Below, one piece after another: positions 41,012 through 51,539 of a stretch of DNA of 64,000 bases. Source of the DNA: Alphaproteobacteria bacterium (lineage in GTDB: Bacteria; Pseudomonadota; Alphaproteobacteria; Rs-D84); the NCBI GenBank assembly GCA_016927735.1, contig JAFGMC010000012.1, positions 13,093 through 77,092 of the forward strand, written 5' to 3'. The notes beneath the pieces were generated by a model. That model was not told the origin of the DNA. It saw only the letters and a program-made list of their open reading frames with translations, and searched no databases. Both the position numbers and the translations under genes were made by a program. Position 1 is the stretch's first letter, and each line of letters begins with the position of its first letter.

Positions 41012-42081
41012 GATTTCAGTATATTAAATATTTTACCTTCCTTGCAAGCAACAAATAAAGAATCGGCACAAGATTCGAAAACTTCTGGTTCTAATCCTGT
41101 TGCCCAAACCTGGGCATCCATGTTATTTAACTCTTCAAACAGCCTTTTTCTGGCGTTTACATCCAAATGTGCCGCTGCTTCATCCAGCAAAACAATTGGT
41201 GTCCGGTTTGTTTTTGTACGAACTAATTTAGAATGTGCCAAAATTAAATCAATCAATATGGATTTTTGTTGTCCAGTACTGGTTAAATTGGTTGGTAAAT
41301 TTAATGTTTTATTAAAAACGCCAAAATCAGACTTATGGGCGCCATCTATTACCATTTTATCACCCTGTAAATAACGATTGTCCGCCAAATATTCCAAATA
41401 CTGTTTTTCAGCATCCCCAGTGGTTCCACTTAATATCATTTTTTCAACCTGACCAGAAACAGAAACAGCACAGTTTTCTAGAAAATAGTTCAATTCTGCT
41501 GCATAACGTATTCGCGCAGCTGAAACTGCAATGGCTGTGCCCGCAATTTGAACCTCTAGTGCGGACAACCAGTTATTATCTGCCCTACTTTTTAATGCAA
41601 AGGCACGCTCGGATAATAATTTTGATAATCTAGCCACGCGTCCAGAATGCGGTGAATCAAAACTGGCAACCAATCTATCAAAAAACGCCCTTCTGTCAGA
41701 TGCTGAATCTACAAATAATCTATCTTCTTTTGGTGTTAACCAAATTATACCAAGACGCGATGATAAATCAGATAGTGACGCATTATCGCTGTCAATTTTT
41801 GCATGTCGATTTGAATCGTCTTTATTAAAAAACACTACTATTTCAGTATCGTCTTTCAAATTCGCAAATACACTGAATCCACCAGATCCATCAAAACGTG
41901 AAATTTCTGTCATTTGTGCGCTGCGCATTCCGCGATCACCACCCAGCATGGATATTGCTTCTAAAATAGCGGTTTTGCCAGAACCATTTGGACCAGTAAT
42001 TATAATATTTTTCATACCCCCGGTTTCTATTCGACCGAGGCAATGGTTTCTAAAATCAGTGAGAGTTAATGTTTTTATCAT
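41008..42081 (-). CDS. recF: DNA replication and repair protein RecF
   Basis: Walker A ITGPNGSGKTAILEAI, signature STGQQKS, Walker B VLLDEAAAHLD. Confidence 0.9.
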   Translation of the reverse strand: MIKTLTLTDFRNHCLGRIETGGMKNIIITGPNGSGKTAILEAISMLGGDRGMRSAQMTEISRFDGSGGFSVFANLKDDTEIVVFFNKDDSNRHAKIDSDNASLSDLSSRLGIIWLTPKEDRLFVDSASDRRAFFDRLVASFDSPHSGRVARLSKLLSERAFALKSRADNNWLSALEVQIAGTAIAVSAARIRYAAELNYFLENCAVSVSGQVEKMILSGTTGDAEKQYLEYLADNRYLQGDKMVIDGAHKSDFGVFNKTLNLPTNLTSTGQQKSILIDLILAHSKLVRTKTNRTPIVLLDEAAAHLDVNARKRLFEELNNMDAQVWATGLEPEVFESCADSLFVACKEGKIFNILKS

Positions 42082-42133
42082 TATAAATTGGCTTTAATTC
42101 CGAAAACAAAAAACAAATTAATAAAATTTAAAA

Positions 42134-42207
42134 TGGAGGCCCGGGTCGGAATCGAACCGGCATACAAGGATTTGCAGTCCTCTGCATAACCACTCTGCCA
42201 CCGGGCC
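42134..42207 (-). tRNA. tRNA-Cys (anticodon GCA), CCA encoded
   Basis: In the reverse complement: acceptor GGCCCGG/CCGGGCC, anticodon loop CTGCAAA, T-loop TTCGATT. Confidence 0.9.
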
Positions 42208-42321
42208 ATTGTTTGCGAAATGAATACTAGGCAATCTTAGATGAAAATTCAACAGAAAAATTTTGAAAATTCAATAAAATGTTCTATTTTATGATATAAT
42301 AGCGAGACGAGAGAGTTTGAT

Positions 42322-43635
42322 ATGAAAAAAACAATACTTGCACTTTGCTTGATACCGACTGCCGTTATGGCATCTGATGATTGTTTATCCAGAAAAACAC
42401 TGCCTGATGGTGAATTAACCCTGCAACAGATTATTGAACTGGGACTGTGCAGGAACCCACAAACTTCTGCAGCATATTTATCATCAGAAGTTGCCAGACT
42501 GAACAAAAATGCTGGTTATGCAGGATACCTGCCCAGTGTAAATGCGTCTGTATCTTCAACAAAATCTTATCAAAACAATGAATGGGGTGATTGGTCCAAT
42601 GGTGCATCACTGTCCGCATCGTATTTAATTTTTGATTTTGGAAAAAGATTATCTGATTTAAATAATTTGGCTGCGACATGGCGCGCAACTGGTTTCGATT
42701 ATGACGAATCGGTTCAAAATTACGTGTATGGTGTAATTGGTTCGTATTATGCATTGTTGAACGCAAACGCAGACATTAAAACTGCCCAATCATTAAAAAC
42801 TGTTGCACAAACAGCAAAAGATACTGCTGATAAGAAATTCAAAGCCGGTGTAGTTGCCAAGGCCGATGTATTAAAGGCTGATACAACCCTGGCCACAAGA
42901 AATCTGGAAATGGAACGTGCGAAAAATAATCGCGAAATTGCCAAAGGTAATCTGCTTTCTAAATTATCTTTTTCCGCGGACCAAGATATAAAAATATCTG
43001 ATATGCCATCTAATTTTGGTAAATCAGCTGAAAACAAGAGTATAGACGAATTGATTGCATTGGCCGAAAAATCACGCCCTGATCTGTTGAGTGCAACCGC
43101 AAACCGCGAGGCCGCCTGGCATCGCAGAAACAGTGCGTTTTTAAAGAACTTGCCAAGTATATCTGCATCTGGATCAATGTCTTATAACCCTTCACCTGAT
43201 ACTTTTTCTGGAAATGAACGTGTCAGTGGCAGTATTGGAATACGCGCATCAATGCCTATATTTGCTGGCTTTGCCAACGTTTATGGTGCACGCAGTGCAA
43301 TGGCCAGTTATGAACGCGCCAAAGAGCAAGAACGCGCAACATCTGATGCGGCATCATTGGATATATTTACCGCATATCAAAATTATAAAACCGCACAAAC
43401 TGTATTAACCCAAACAGAAACGCTGTTAAAATCAGCAACCGAAAGTGAACGCGTAACTGGTGGAATGTACAAAGTTGGACGTGCAACAATGCTAGACTGG
43501 CAAACGGTCCAAGCAGACTTGGCAAACGCACAAAAAGAAAACAATGCTGCAAAATATGATTTATTCACAAAACGTGCTGCACTTGCACTGGCAATCGGTG
43601 AAATAAAATTAGAATTATCAGGGGGCGAAAAATGA
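42322..43635 (+). CDS. tolC: TolC-family outer-membrane efflux protein
   Basis: Signal peptide and two OEP repeats (L.L..A...A..NNP...A; coiled-coil heptads). First gene of the efflux operon. Confidence 0.8.
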   Translation: MKKTILALCLIPTAVMASDDCLSRKTLPDGELTLQQIIELGLCRNPQTSAAYLSSEVARLNKNAGYAGYLPSVNASVSSTKSYQNNEWGDWSNGASLSASYLIFDFGKRLSDLNNLAATWRATGFDYDESVQNYVYGVIGSYYALLNANADIKTAQSLKTVAQTAKDTADKKFKAGVVAKADVLKADTTLATRNLEMERAKNNREIAKGNLLSKLSFSADQDIKISDMPSNFGKSAENKSIDELIALAEKSRPDLLSATANREAAWHRRNSAFLKNLPSISASGSMSYNPSPDTFSGNERVSGSIGIRASMPIFAGFANVYGARSAMASYERAKEQERATSDAASLDIFTAYQNYKTAQTVLTQTETLLKSATESERVTGGMYKVGRATMLDWQTVQADLANAQKENNAAKYDLFTKRAALALAIGEIKLELSGGEK

Positions 43636-44828
43636 AAAAAGAATCATTAATTAAACGTTTTTTAGGGTGGATTTATCATCGTAAATGGTGGTTAATTACT
43701 ATTTTAATACTGGTATTTGGCGGAATATCAATGTTTGGGGATACAAAAACCCAAACTGATTCCCAATTTGCCACTATTAATTTATCACGTGGCGATCTGC
43801 GTCAGGTTGTAACTGCAACTGGCGAAATAAGACCGCTAAACACAATCAGTATCGGATCCCAGGTCAGTGGAATAATTCAAAAAATATATGTTGATTATAA
43901 TTCCAAGGTAAAAAAGGGTGATACCCTTCTTACAATTGATCCAACTGTTCTGCAAGCATCTGTTGAAGAGGTCAAAGCATCACTGGTCAGTGCAGAATCC
44001 CAGCGCAATTATGCAAAAAATGAATTTAATCGGAATAAAACACTTTATTCTGACGGATTTATTGCCCGCGCAGAAATGGAACAATCACAAACAACCTATG
44101 AACAGGCCGAGCAAGCTGTTAAACGTACCAAATCTCAATATGATCGTGCTGTGACAAACCTCAGCTATGCGACAATCGTATCGCCTGTTGATGGGACTGT
44201 AATATCCAGAAAAGTTGACAAGGGACAAACAGTTGCGGCATCGTTCCAATCCCCAGACATGTTTGAAATTGCAGAAGATTTATCAAAAATGCAAATTGAA
44301 ACATCTGTGTCCGAGGCAGATATTGGTGTCATAAAAGAGGGTCAAGTTGTCACATTTACGGTAGATGCCTATCCAACACAAACTTTCCAAGGGAATGTTA
44401 AACAGATTCGCCTATCTCCAACAACTACATCCAATGTTGTTGTATATACTGTTGTTATTGATGTTGATAACTCTGACATGCGATTAATGCCAGGAATGAC
44501 AGCATTTGTCACAATCGTTATAGCAGAAAAAAAAGATGTTTTAAAAGCATCAAATTCTGCATTTTTACTTCGTAGCTTTGATGGTATTGCCGGCAAACCT
44601 GGCGATGCCACACCTAAAACACATATGGCCATAGAACGTATAATAAATGGAAAAACATCTATTATCTTAATTCCATATACCAAGGGACTTATCACTTCAA
44701 CCGAAACCGAGGTTATTTCTGATGGTTTAAAAGAAAGCGACAAGATAATAACCGGTGTACTGGGCAAAGCTGCATCATCCAACATCAAAATGGGACCCGG
44801 ATCTGGCAATGGCGTCAGAAATATGTAA
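43632..44828 (+). CDS. macA: Periplasmic adaptor (HlyD/MacA-type membrane fusion protein)
   Basis: N-terminal TM segment. Lipoyl-like motifs G.I.P...I.IGSQVSG.I..I.V and a coiled-coil hairpin, plus ATIVSPVDGTV. Overlaps the tolC stop by 4 nt. Confidence 0.8.
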   Translation: MKKESLIKRFLGWIYHRKWWLITILILVFGGISMFGDTKTQTDSQFATINLSRGDLRQVVTATGEIRPLNTISIGSQVSGIIQKIYVDYNSKVKKGDTLLTIDPTVLQASVEEVKASLVSAESQRNYAKNEFNRNKTLYSDGFIARAEMEQSQTTYEQAEQAVKRTKSQYDRAVTNLSYATIVSPVDGTVISRKVDKGQTVAASFQSPDMFEIAEDLSKMQIETSVSEADIGVIKEGQVVTFTVDAYPTQTFQGNVKQIRLSPTTTSNVVVYTVVIDVDNSDMRLMPGMTAFVTIVIAEKKDVLKASNSAFLLRSFDGIAGKPGDATPKTHMAIERIINGKTSIILIPYTKGLITSTETEVISDGLKESDKIITGVLGKAASSNIKMGPGSGNGVRNM

Positions 44829-44849
44829 AATAAATCCAAGAATAATTAT

Positions 44850-45569
44850 ATGAAAGAATCAAAAAATATTATTTCTATGAACAAGATTTGTAAAAGCTTC
44901 CCTGTGGAAATGGGGGGACAACAACAGGTCTTGTTCGATTTGACTTTTGATATAAAAGCCGGTGAATTCGTATCAATTATGGGACCCAGTGGCAGCGGAA
45001 AGTCAACTTGTATGAATATAATTGGTGCATTGGATACACCAACCAGTGGAACATACAAGCTTTATAACAAAGATGTAACAAACTTAACCCCCGACGAACT
45101 GGCCATAATCCGAAATGAATATATTGGATTCGTTTTTCAGAACTTTAACCTGCTGCCCAAGCGTTCTGTCTTAGATAATATAATGCTGCCGCTGATGTAC
45201 CGCGGATTACCAATGGATGAACGTATACAACATGCGCGTGCGATGTTAAAGCGTGTTGGTTTGGAAAAATTTGAAACATATCTGCCAACACAATTATCTG
45301 GTGGAATGAAACAACGTGTTGCAATTGCGCGTGCATTGGCCGGAAATCCAAAGGTTATACTGGCAGATGAACCAACTGGTGCGTTGGATAGTAAAATGGG
45401 TAATGAAATCCTGGATTTCTTTAATAAACTGAACAAAGATATGGGTATTACTATAATTATGATTACCCATGAATTTGATATCGCAAAATATTCAAACAGA
45501 TTGATACATATTCGTGACGGTCGTATAAATTATGATGGAAAAATACCAAAAGATGAAAAGGGATTATGA
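44850..45569 (+). CDS. MacB/LolD-type ABC transporter ATP-binding protein
   Basis: Walker A GPSGSGKST, signature LSGGMKQRVAIARAL, Walker B ILADEPTGALD, H-loop ITHE. Confidence 0.9.
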   Translation: MKESKNIISMNKICKSFPVEMGGQQQVLFDLTFDIKAGEFVSIMGPSGSGKSTCMNIIGALDTPTSGTYKLYNKDVTNLTPDELAIIRNEYIGFVFQNFNLLPKRSVLDNIMLPLMYRGLPMDERIQHARAMLKRVGLEKFETYLPTQLSGGMKQRVAIARALAGNPKVILADEPTGALDSKMGNEILDFFNKLNKDMGITIIMITHEFDIAKYSNRLIHIRDGRINYDGKIPKDEKGL

Positions 45570-46216
45570 TGGCTAAAACACTTATAACATCTGTAAATCA
45601 ATTTGAAACCGAATGGGCAAAAGTTTTTCGTACTAATTTTGATTCTTCTGCCAAACAATTAAATGAAATACTGTTAGAAAACAACATTTTCCCAAGTATT
45701 AAAATATTCTATGAATATAAACTTCCCAATAACTTTTCACCACAAGAATTTGAAAAAGAAATAAAAAAAATATGGGGGCATCTCATTTTTGATACCAACA
45801 GTGTCACTATTTATTTTGATATTGATAAAAAAACACTAAATGAATTGGAAAAACAACGTTCAAAACACACTGATATTCTAACTTCTTGGGTTAACAACAT
45901 TAAAAATAATAATCCAGAATTATCAAACATTTCTGTAAAAACCCAAGATAATGCCTTGGCATTAGTAGATGGTGCTTGTTACGGGTTTACCCCAGAAGAT
46001 ATAGAGTTTTTTATAAATAAACAAACTTATAAATCCGATAAAAAAGATTATAAAATAGAAGAAAAAAAGGACGAATTAGAAAAACTTCTAGGGAAAACAC
46101 CCTCTTTTGTTTTGTCATCTGAAAGATTAGATACATTAATAGATTCTGTAAAAAAACAAAAACGATTTAATGATTATATAGAATGGCGCCAATCCCGCGG
46201 AATGGAGGATGAGTAA
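45566..46216 (+). CDS. Hypothetical soluble protein (216 aa) embedded in the ABC exporter operon
   Basis: ATG overlaps the ATPase stop (ATGA). The stop lies 2 nt before the permease ATG. No TM segment, signal peptide or known motif. Lys/Glu/Asn-rich and visibly AT-rich. Confidence 0.55.
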   Translation: MMAKTLITSVNQFETEWAKVFRTNFDSSAKQLNEILLENNIFPSIKIFYEYKLPNNFSPQEFEKEIKKIWGHLIFDTNSVTIYFDIDKKTLNELEKQRSKHTDILTSWVNNIKNNNPELSNISVKTQDNALALVDGACYGFTPEDIEFFINKQTYKSDKKDYKIEEKKDELEKLLGKTPSFVLSSERLDTLIDSVKKQKRFNDYIEWRQSRGMEDE

Positions 46217-46218
46217 AA

Positions 46219-47436
46219 ATGACTTTTAATGATATTTTAAAAGAATCTTGGTTGTCTATCAGCGGAAACAAAATCCGGTCTTTTTTGACCGTTTTGGGGA
46301 TTATTATTGGTGTAATGGCGGTTGTAATAATGGTTGCGGTTGGTGAAACCGTTCAAAAACGAATTAATGACCAATTTTCATCACTTGGTACAAATACAAT
46401 CATGATTCGTGCTGGTGCGGCGCAATCAGCCGGGGTCAGAACTGGAAATCGTCAAACATTAACAACCCAAGATGCTGAAATTATCGGACAATTACCAGAT
46501 GTCGCAGCGGTAAGTCCTGTTCAAAACAGTGGTGCACAGATAATTTATGGTAATAAAAACTGGTCATCTTCTATGATTGGTGCCTATCCTGATTATATGA
46601 CGGTTCAAAATATAGAAATGGAATATGGGGTTTTCTTTGACCAATCTGCTGTCAGAAACGGTTCAACTTATGCAGTCATAGGTCCAAAAACCGCCGAAGA
46701 GTTAGAAATGCCAAAAAATCCAGTGGGTGAGGTTATACGTATTCAAAATACACCTTTTGTAATTATTGGTATGACCAAGGAACGCGGTGATTCTGCAATG
46801 GGCAGCCAAGATGATATGCTGATTATACCAATCAGCACTATGAAAAAACGTCTACAAGGCAGTCGTTTCCCTGATTCTGTTAATATGATTACGTTAAAAG
46901 TTTACGCTGACGCTGATAATGTGCTGGTCACAGATCAAATCACAACCCTGCTTCGCGATCGTCATAAACTGAAAGATTCTGATGTCGATGATTTTCAAAT
47001 TATGGATATGAAGCAAGTATTAGAAACAATGAATACAGTCACAGGTTATATGAAACTATTGTTGATTGCGATTGCCGGCGTATCTTTATTGGTTGGATCC
47101 ATTGGGATTATGAATATGATGTTGGTATCCGTGGCCGAACGTACGCGTGAAATTGGTATCCGCAAAGCGATTGGTGCACGTGAAAAAAACATAATTATAC
47201 AATTTCTATCAGAATCAATACTGATTTCGTTCATTGGGTCTATGTTTGGGCTTATTATCGGGGTTGGCCTGTCCCAAGGCGTTGGAAGATTTATAATGCA
47301 CTATGATGTACCGTTCAGCGCCTGGCCAGTCGTTTTATCAGTCAGTGTCGCTATTGTTGTTGGATTGTCATCTGGGGTTATGCCCGCAATAAAGGCAGCT
47401 AAATTAAACCCTATTGACAGTCTGCGATATGAATAA
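46219..47436 (+). CDS. MacB-type ABC permease (MacB periplasmic core domain plus FtsX domain)
   Basis: N-terminal TM (RSFLTVLGIIIGVMAVV), a periplasmic domain of about 220 aa, and a C-terminal FtsX-like three-TM bundle with ERTREIGIRKAIGA. Confidence 0.85.
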   Translation: MTFNDILKESWLSISGNKIRSFLTVLGIIIGVMAVVIMVAVGETVQKRINDQFSSLGTNTIMIRAGAAQSAGVRTGNRQTLTTQDAEIIGQLPDVAAVSPVQNSGAQIIYGNKNWSSSMIGAYPDYMTVQNIEMEYGVFFDQSAVRNGSTYAVIGPKTAEELEMPKNPVGEVIRIQNTPFVIIGMTKERGDSAMGSQDDMLIIPISTMKKRLQGSRFPDSVNMITLKVYADADNVLVTDQITTLLRDRHKLKDSDVDDFQIMDMKQVLETMNTVTGYMKLLLIAIAGVSLLVGSIGIMNMMLVSVAERTREIGIRKAIGAREKNIIIQFLSESILISFIGSMFGLIIGVGLSQGVGRFIMHYDVPFSAWPVVLSVSVAIVVGLSSGVMPAIKAAKLNPIDSLRYE

Positions 47437-47470
47437 TATATTAAAAAACCAGCTTTTTGCCGGTTTTTTA

Positions 47471-48346
47471 TTATTTTGTTAATTTATTAATCAGTTCTTG
47501 CATTTGTATCCGTGTACCAAATGATAAAACAATCTCGCCTGCCCCGCCCTTTTTCTGACGCAGCTTTACTGTCGTACCCAATGATTTTTTAATATTATTT
47601 TCTATATCTTTTACTTCTGAGTCTGGAATTGAATTTGATACAAAAGACCGGCTTTTTGAAGATCTTACTGTATCTTTTACCTTCTTTTCAGTATCTGCCA
47701 CAGACATCCTGTTTGCAATTATTTCGTGTGCCAAAGCTTCCGGATTTTCAGAAACAGCAATAGTGCGTGCATGCGAAGCTGATAATTCACCGCGTTCAAC
47801 CATACCCTTTACAGATTCTGGTAAATTGTCCAAACGCATAATATTTCTGATATAACTCTGCGATTTTCCAATTAAACGCGACACATCTGCCAATTCATAA
47901 TCACATTTTTCCATTAAATTTTTATAAGCGGATGATTCTTCAATTGGGTTCAAATTTTCACGCTGAACATTTTCAATCAATGCTATTTCCATTGCATTTT
48001 CATTTGTCAGCGTCTTTATTAATGCTGGAATTTCTGCCAATCCTGCCATTTTACTTGCACGAAAACGACGTTCACCTGCGACAATTTCATATTGATATGA
48101 CCGATCTTTGACCGCACGTAATAAAATTGGTTGCAGAACACCCTTTTCTTTTATAGACGCTGCTAAATCTTCCAATTCAGAAATATCAAAAGTCTTACGT
48201 GGCTGATCAGGATTCGCACCAATTTGTACTAAGGGGATTTGTCGCACCGCTACACGCTCGCTGCCGGTCAAAACAGAAATATCTGGAATATTGCCCATTT
48301 CTGCTTTTAAATCCGCCAAACCTTTTCCTAAACCAAATTTAGACAT
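47471..48346 (-). CDS. parB: Chromosome partitioning protein ParB
   Basis: ParB box GVLQPILLR...YEIVAGERRFRAS plus an HTH region. Downstream of parA. Confidence 0.9.
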   Translation of the reverse strand: MSKFGLGKGLADLKAEMGNIPDISVLTGSERVAVRQIPLVQIGANPDQPRKTFDISELEDLAASIKEKGVLQPILLRAVKDRSYQYEIVAGERRFRASKMAGLAEIPALIKTLTNENAMEIALIENVQRENLNPIEESSAYKNLMEKCDYELADVSRLIGKSQSYIRNIMRLDNLPESVKGMVERGELSASHARTIAVSENPEALAHEIIANRMSVADTEKKVKDTVRSSKSRSFVSNSIPDSEVKDIENNIKKSLGTTVKLRQKKGGAGEIVLSFGTRIQMQELINKLTK

Positions 48347-48364
48347 ATATTTTTCCTTTTTTTA

Positions 48365-49129
48365 TTAATCAATACTTTCTACTATTTCTGTCGCTACACG
48401 CAAATATGCCTGGGCCCCAGCCGAATTAAAATCATAAAACAAAGCTGGTTTTCCGTGTGACGGTGCCTCTGACACCCTGACATTACGTGGGACAACCGTC
48501 TTGAACACACGATCTCCGAATGTTTTACGAACATCTTCTTCTACGGCATGTGTCAAACCATAGCGCTTATCATACATGGTTAATAAAACACCCAAAATCT
48601 TTAATTCAGGATTCCATTTTTTTTGAACCTCGTTAATTGTGTTAACCAAATGTTGAACACCTTCCAACGCAAAGAATTCACACTGCAACGGAACAATTAC
48701 ACTATTCGCTGTTGTCAAAGCATTCAAAGTTAAATATCCCAAAGCTGGTGGGCAATCTATCAAAATATAATCATAATGCTCTTTGACCTGCTCTAACGCG
48801 TCACGCAAACGGTATTCACGGTTATCCATATCTAACAACTCGGCCTCTGCACCAGAAAGCGCTGGACTGGATGGTAATATATGCATACCAGGAACAGATG
48901 TTGATAAAATATTATCGCCAGCATTTGCCAATCCCATAATAACACCATAAACACTCTGACGATGTGCGGCGCGGACAAATCCCAAACCTGTTCCGGCATT
49001 ACCTTGTGGATCCAGATCGATTAATAATACGCGTTTTTTTATCGCAGCCAGCGAAGTACCGATATTTATAGCGGTTGTTGTTTTCCCAACACCACCTTTT
49101 TGATTTGCAAAAGCAATTATTTCCGTCAT
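48365..49129 (-). CDS. parA: Chromosome partitioning ATPase ParA (Soj)
   Basis: Deviant Walker A NQKGGVGKTTTAINIG, then LIDLDPQGN and IDCPP. Confidence 0.9.
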   Translation of the reverse strand: MTEIIAFANQKGGVGKTTTAINIGTSLAAIKKRVLLIDLDPQGNAGTGLGFVRAAHRQSVYGVIMGLANAGDNILSTSVPGMHILPSSPALSGAEAELLDMDNREYRLRDALEQVKEHYDYILIDCPPALGYLTLNALTTANSVIVPLQCEFFALEGVQHLVNTINEVQKKWNPELKILGVLLTMYDKRYGLTHAVEEDVRKTFGDRVFKTVVPRNVRVSEAPSHGKPALFYDFNSAGAQAYLRVATEIVESID

Positions 49130-49317
49130 TAAATTTCCTTCGAATACCCAGTAAGATAAGAAATCTTGGCGATTCAGTCAAGTACATAAAAATTCTATTT
49201 TTATATAACAGTAAATTCAAAGAATTATTAACAATTTTATATGAAATTCAAAATTATAAATTTATATAATTTAATTAAAAACATGAAAAATATTAAGTAA
49301 AATCAGTTGAATATTAA

Positions 49318-49893
49318 TTATTTCATATGAAACAGTTTTATATTATCAACTTGAATTATAAAACCATCACCAGTTTTAGATTGGGTTAATTTGTAATCAA
49401 AATTATATTTTTCTTTGGCAACCGACACTTCTGATTCAATTTCCCGGCCTTTTAATAAAAAAAGCCGGGTTTTTATTGGGTATACATAATCCATAATTTT
49501 TATCAACGACGCAAAGGCACGCGCCGTGAAAATAATTTCAGATTTACTCGATTTTATATTTTTAATAAAATCCTCTGCACGACCATGAAAAATTGTAAGA
49601 TTTGGTAAATCTAATTCATGTTTTAATGCTTTTAAATAATCTGCCTTTTTACCAATTGATTCTATACAAGTGACATTCCAACCCATTATTGCCAAAACCA
49701 CACCTGGAAATCCAGCCCCACTGCCAAGATCTGCAATATTAACACTGCTTGGCAAAATATCTGCCAATTGCATAGAGTCTTTGAAATGGCGATTTTCTAT
49801 ATCCACCAAAGTACTTGGTGCAACCAAATTCATTCTGCTGGACCAATCATGCAGCATTTCGGCATATTTTATAAATTTTTCTTTATTATTCAT
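49318..49893 (-). CDS. rsmG: 16S rRNA (guanine527-N7)-methyltransferase RsmG (GidB)
   Basis: SAM motif DLGSGAGFPGVVLAI. Upstream of parAB. Start trimmed from TTG 49920 to ATG 49893. Confidence 0.85.
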   Translation of the reverse strand: MNNKEKFIKYAEMLHDWSSRMNLVAPSTLVDIENRHFKDSMQLADILPSSVNIADLGSGAGFPGVVLAIMGWNVTCIESIGKKADYLKALKHELDLPNLTIFHGRAEDFIKNIKSSKSEIIFTARAFASLIKIMDYVYPIKTRLFLLKGREIESEVSVAKEKYNFDYKLTQSKTGDGFIIQVDNIKLFHMK

Positions 49894-49919
49894 GGAATTT
49901 ATTGTACCATAATGGGACA

Positions 49920-51539
49920 ATGAAAAAAATAAAAAGTTTATTCACGAGCATAAGTTTGTTTACAGTCATAATTGTGACTGGGGTGGCAATTTGGAATGTA
50001 AACCCAACCTCTACGAGGTTAGAAAATTCACATCAATATCCAACAAATAAATACGGTGCTTTTCTGGCTGCGCAGCATGCAATTTATGTTAATGATTTTG
50101 AAAAAGCAGCTGAGTTTTCAAAAAATCTACCCGATAAAGATATTAATATAATCAGAAATACAATTGTTCTGACCGATTTTCTGAACGGAAAGATACCAGA
50201 ATCCGCTAATTTATTGGCTGATGAAACAGGATCAGCTTCACAATTGATTTACGATGCTTATTTGATAAAAAATAATGATTGGGCAGCGGTTTACAAAAGA
50301 CATAAGAATGATGAATCTGCACTGGCATCCCCTTTGCGTATATGGTCTGGGGTGGCAATCGGTAAATCTGATGAAGTTATAAAATTTATAGGTGAATTAA
50401 AAACAACTGAATCATGGAAGTCTTTTGTACGTGGTCAAATTTATGCGAAAAATAATCAAATTGATAATGCTGCTGAACAATTCGCAAAAGTATCTGTCGA
50501 TTTTATGAATATTAATGATTATTTATATGTAATGGCATTTTATAATCATAATAAAATGGATACTGCTGCTTCAACTTTGTATAACAGTTTTACAGAACGT
50601 CCTGGCGGAATGTATATGTTGGATATGGATACAACTTCTGACTGGTCGAAATATAGTGGAATTAACAACTCTTTGGCGTTCAATTTGATACAAAATGTAT
50701 CTCATACACAGGTTATGATGTATTCCGATTTATCTTTGATTATGTTGCGTTTTGCAGAAATAGTTCAAAAAAATACTAATTCCGAAAAAGATGCTTTAAA
50801 TTATTACATCGGCCAATATTTTCTTAATAATGGTGGTGATTGCGAGAAATATTTCAGAGCAATTAATAAAAAAAGTCCATTCTATTCCTTTGCTATGATG
50901 AAAATTGCCGAAAAGACCGGTAAAATTTATGAATTAGAAAAAGCTATCAATGTTAATCCATTGTTTGTACCTGCAATAGTAAAACTAGTTGCAAGAAATG
51001 TACAACAGGGTAATGAGAAGAAAGCATTAAATATAGTTAATCGTGCATTAAAAAATGATAATTTAACCGAAACAGGTCGTGCATTTTTCCTAAAAACACG
51101 TGCTCATATTTATTTTACATTTAACGATATTGAATCTGCGCAATCTGATTTACGTTCTGCTGCTGATATTCTGCCTATGGACGCTGGAATTCTGGCTATA
51201 CAGTCAAAAATATGGTCTGTACAAAAGCGTGAATTAGATACCGCATATGAATATGCAATTGCATTGGTAACCAAAAACCCAACAGATATTGAATCTTGGG
51301 ATATTTTGGGAATGGTTGTGAATGCAAAAGAAGGACCAACAGCCGCACTAGAGGTTATAGAAAAGGTAGCCCAAATATCAGAAACTTGTTCTTCATTATT
51401 CGAACATTTGGGTGATTTACAAGCACAATTGGGAAATAAAAACCTTGCTCGTGATTCATATTTACGTGCAATTGATTTATCTGGCGATGGATTGACCATT
51501 GTTCCACATCTCGAAAAGAAAATAAGGAAACTGAAATGA
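49920..51539 (+). CDS. Membrane-anchored TPR-like repeat protein, unknown function
   Basis: MKKIKSLFTSISLFTVIIVTGVAIW anchor. The C-terminal half has TPR-like A/L/Y periodicity. The stop overlaps the gpsA start. Confidence 0.55.
   Translation: MKKIKSLFTSISLFTVIIVTGVAIWNVNPTSTRLENSHQYPTNKYGAFLAAQHAIYVNDFEKAAEFSKNLPDKDINIIRNTIVLTDFLNGKIPESANLLADETGSASQLIYDAYLIKNNDWAAVYKRHKNDESALASPLRIWSGVAIGKSDEVIKFIGELKTTESWKSFVRGQIYAKNNQIDNAAEQFAKVSVDFMNINDYLYVMAFYNHNKMDTAASTLYNSFTERPGGMYMLDMDTTSDWSKYSGINNSLAFNLIQNVSHTQVMMYSDLSLIMLRFAEIVQKNTNSEKDALNYYIGQYFLNNGGDCEKYFRAINKKSPFYSFAMMKIAEKTGKIYELEKAINVNPLFVPAIVKLVARNVQQGNEKKALNIVNRALKNDNLTETGRAFFLKTRAHIYFTFNDIESAQSDLRSAADILPMDAGILAIQSKIWSVQKRELDTAYEYAIALVTKNPTDIESWDILGMVVNAKEGPTAALEVIEKVAQISETCSSLFEHLGDLQAQLGNKNLARDSYLRAIDLSGDGLTIVPHLEKKIRKLK

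Noticed and set aside
49130-49317. A 188-bp very AT-rich spacer between parA and rsmG, considered as a possible origin region or parS cluster.
   Set aside because: By eye I found no DnaA-box (TTATCCACA-like) cluster and no parS (TGTTTCACGTGAAACA-like) palindrome. It is more simply the parAB promoter region.
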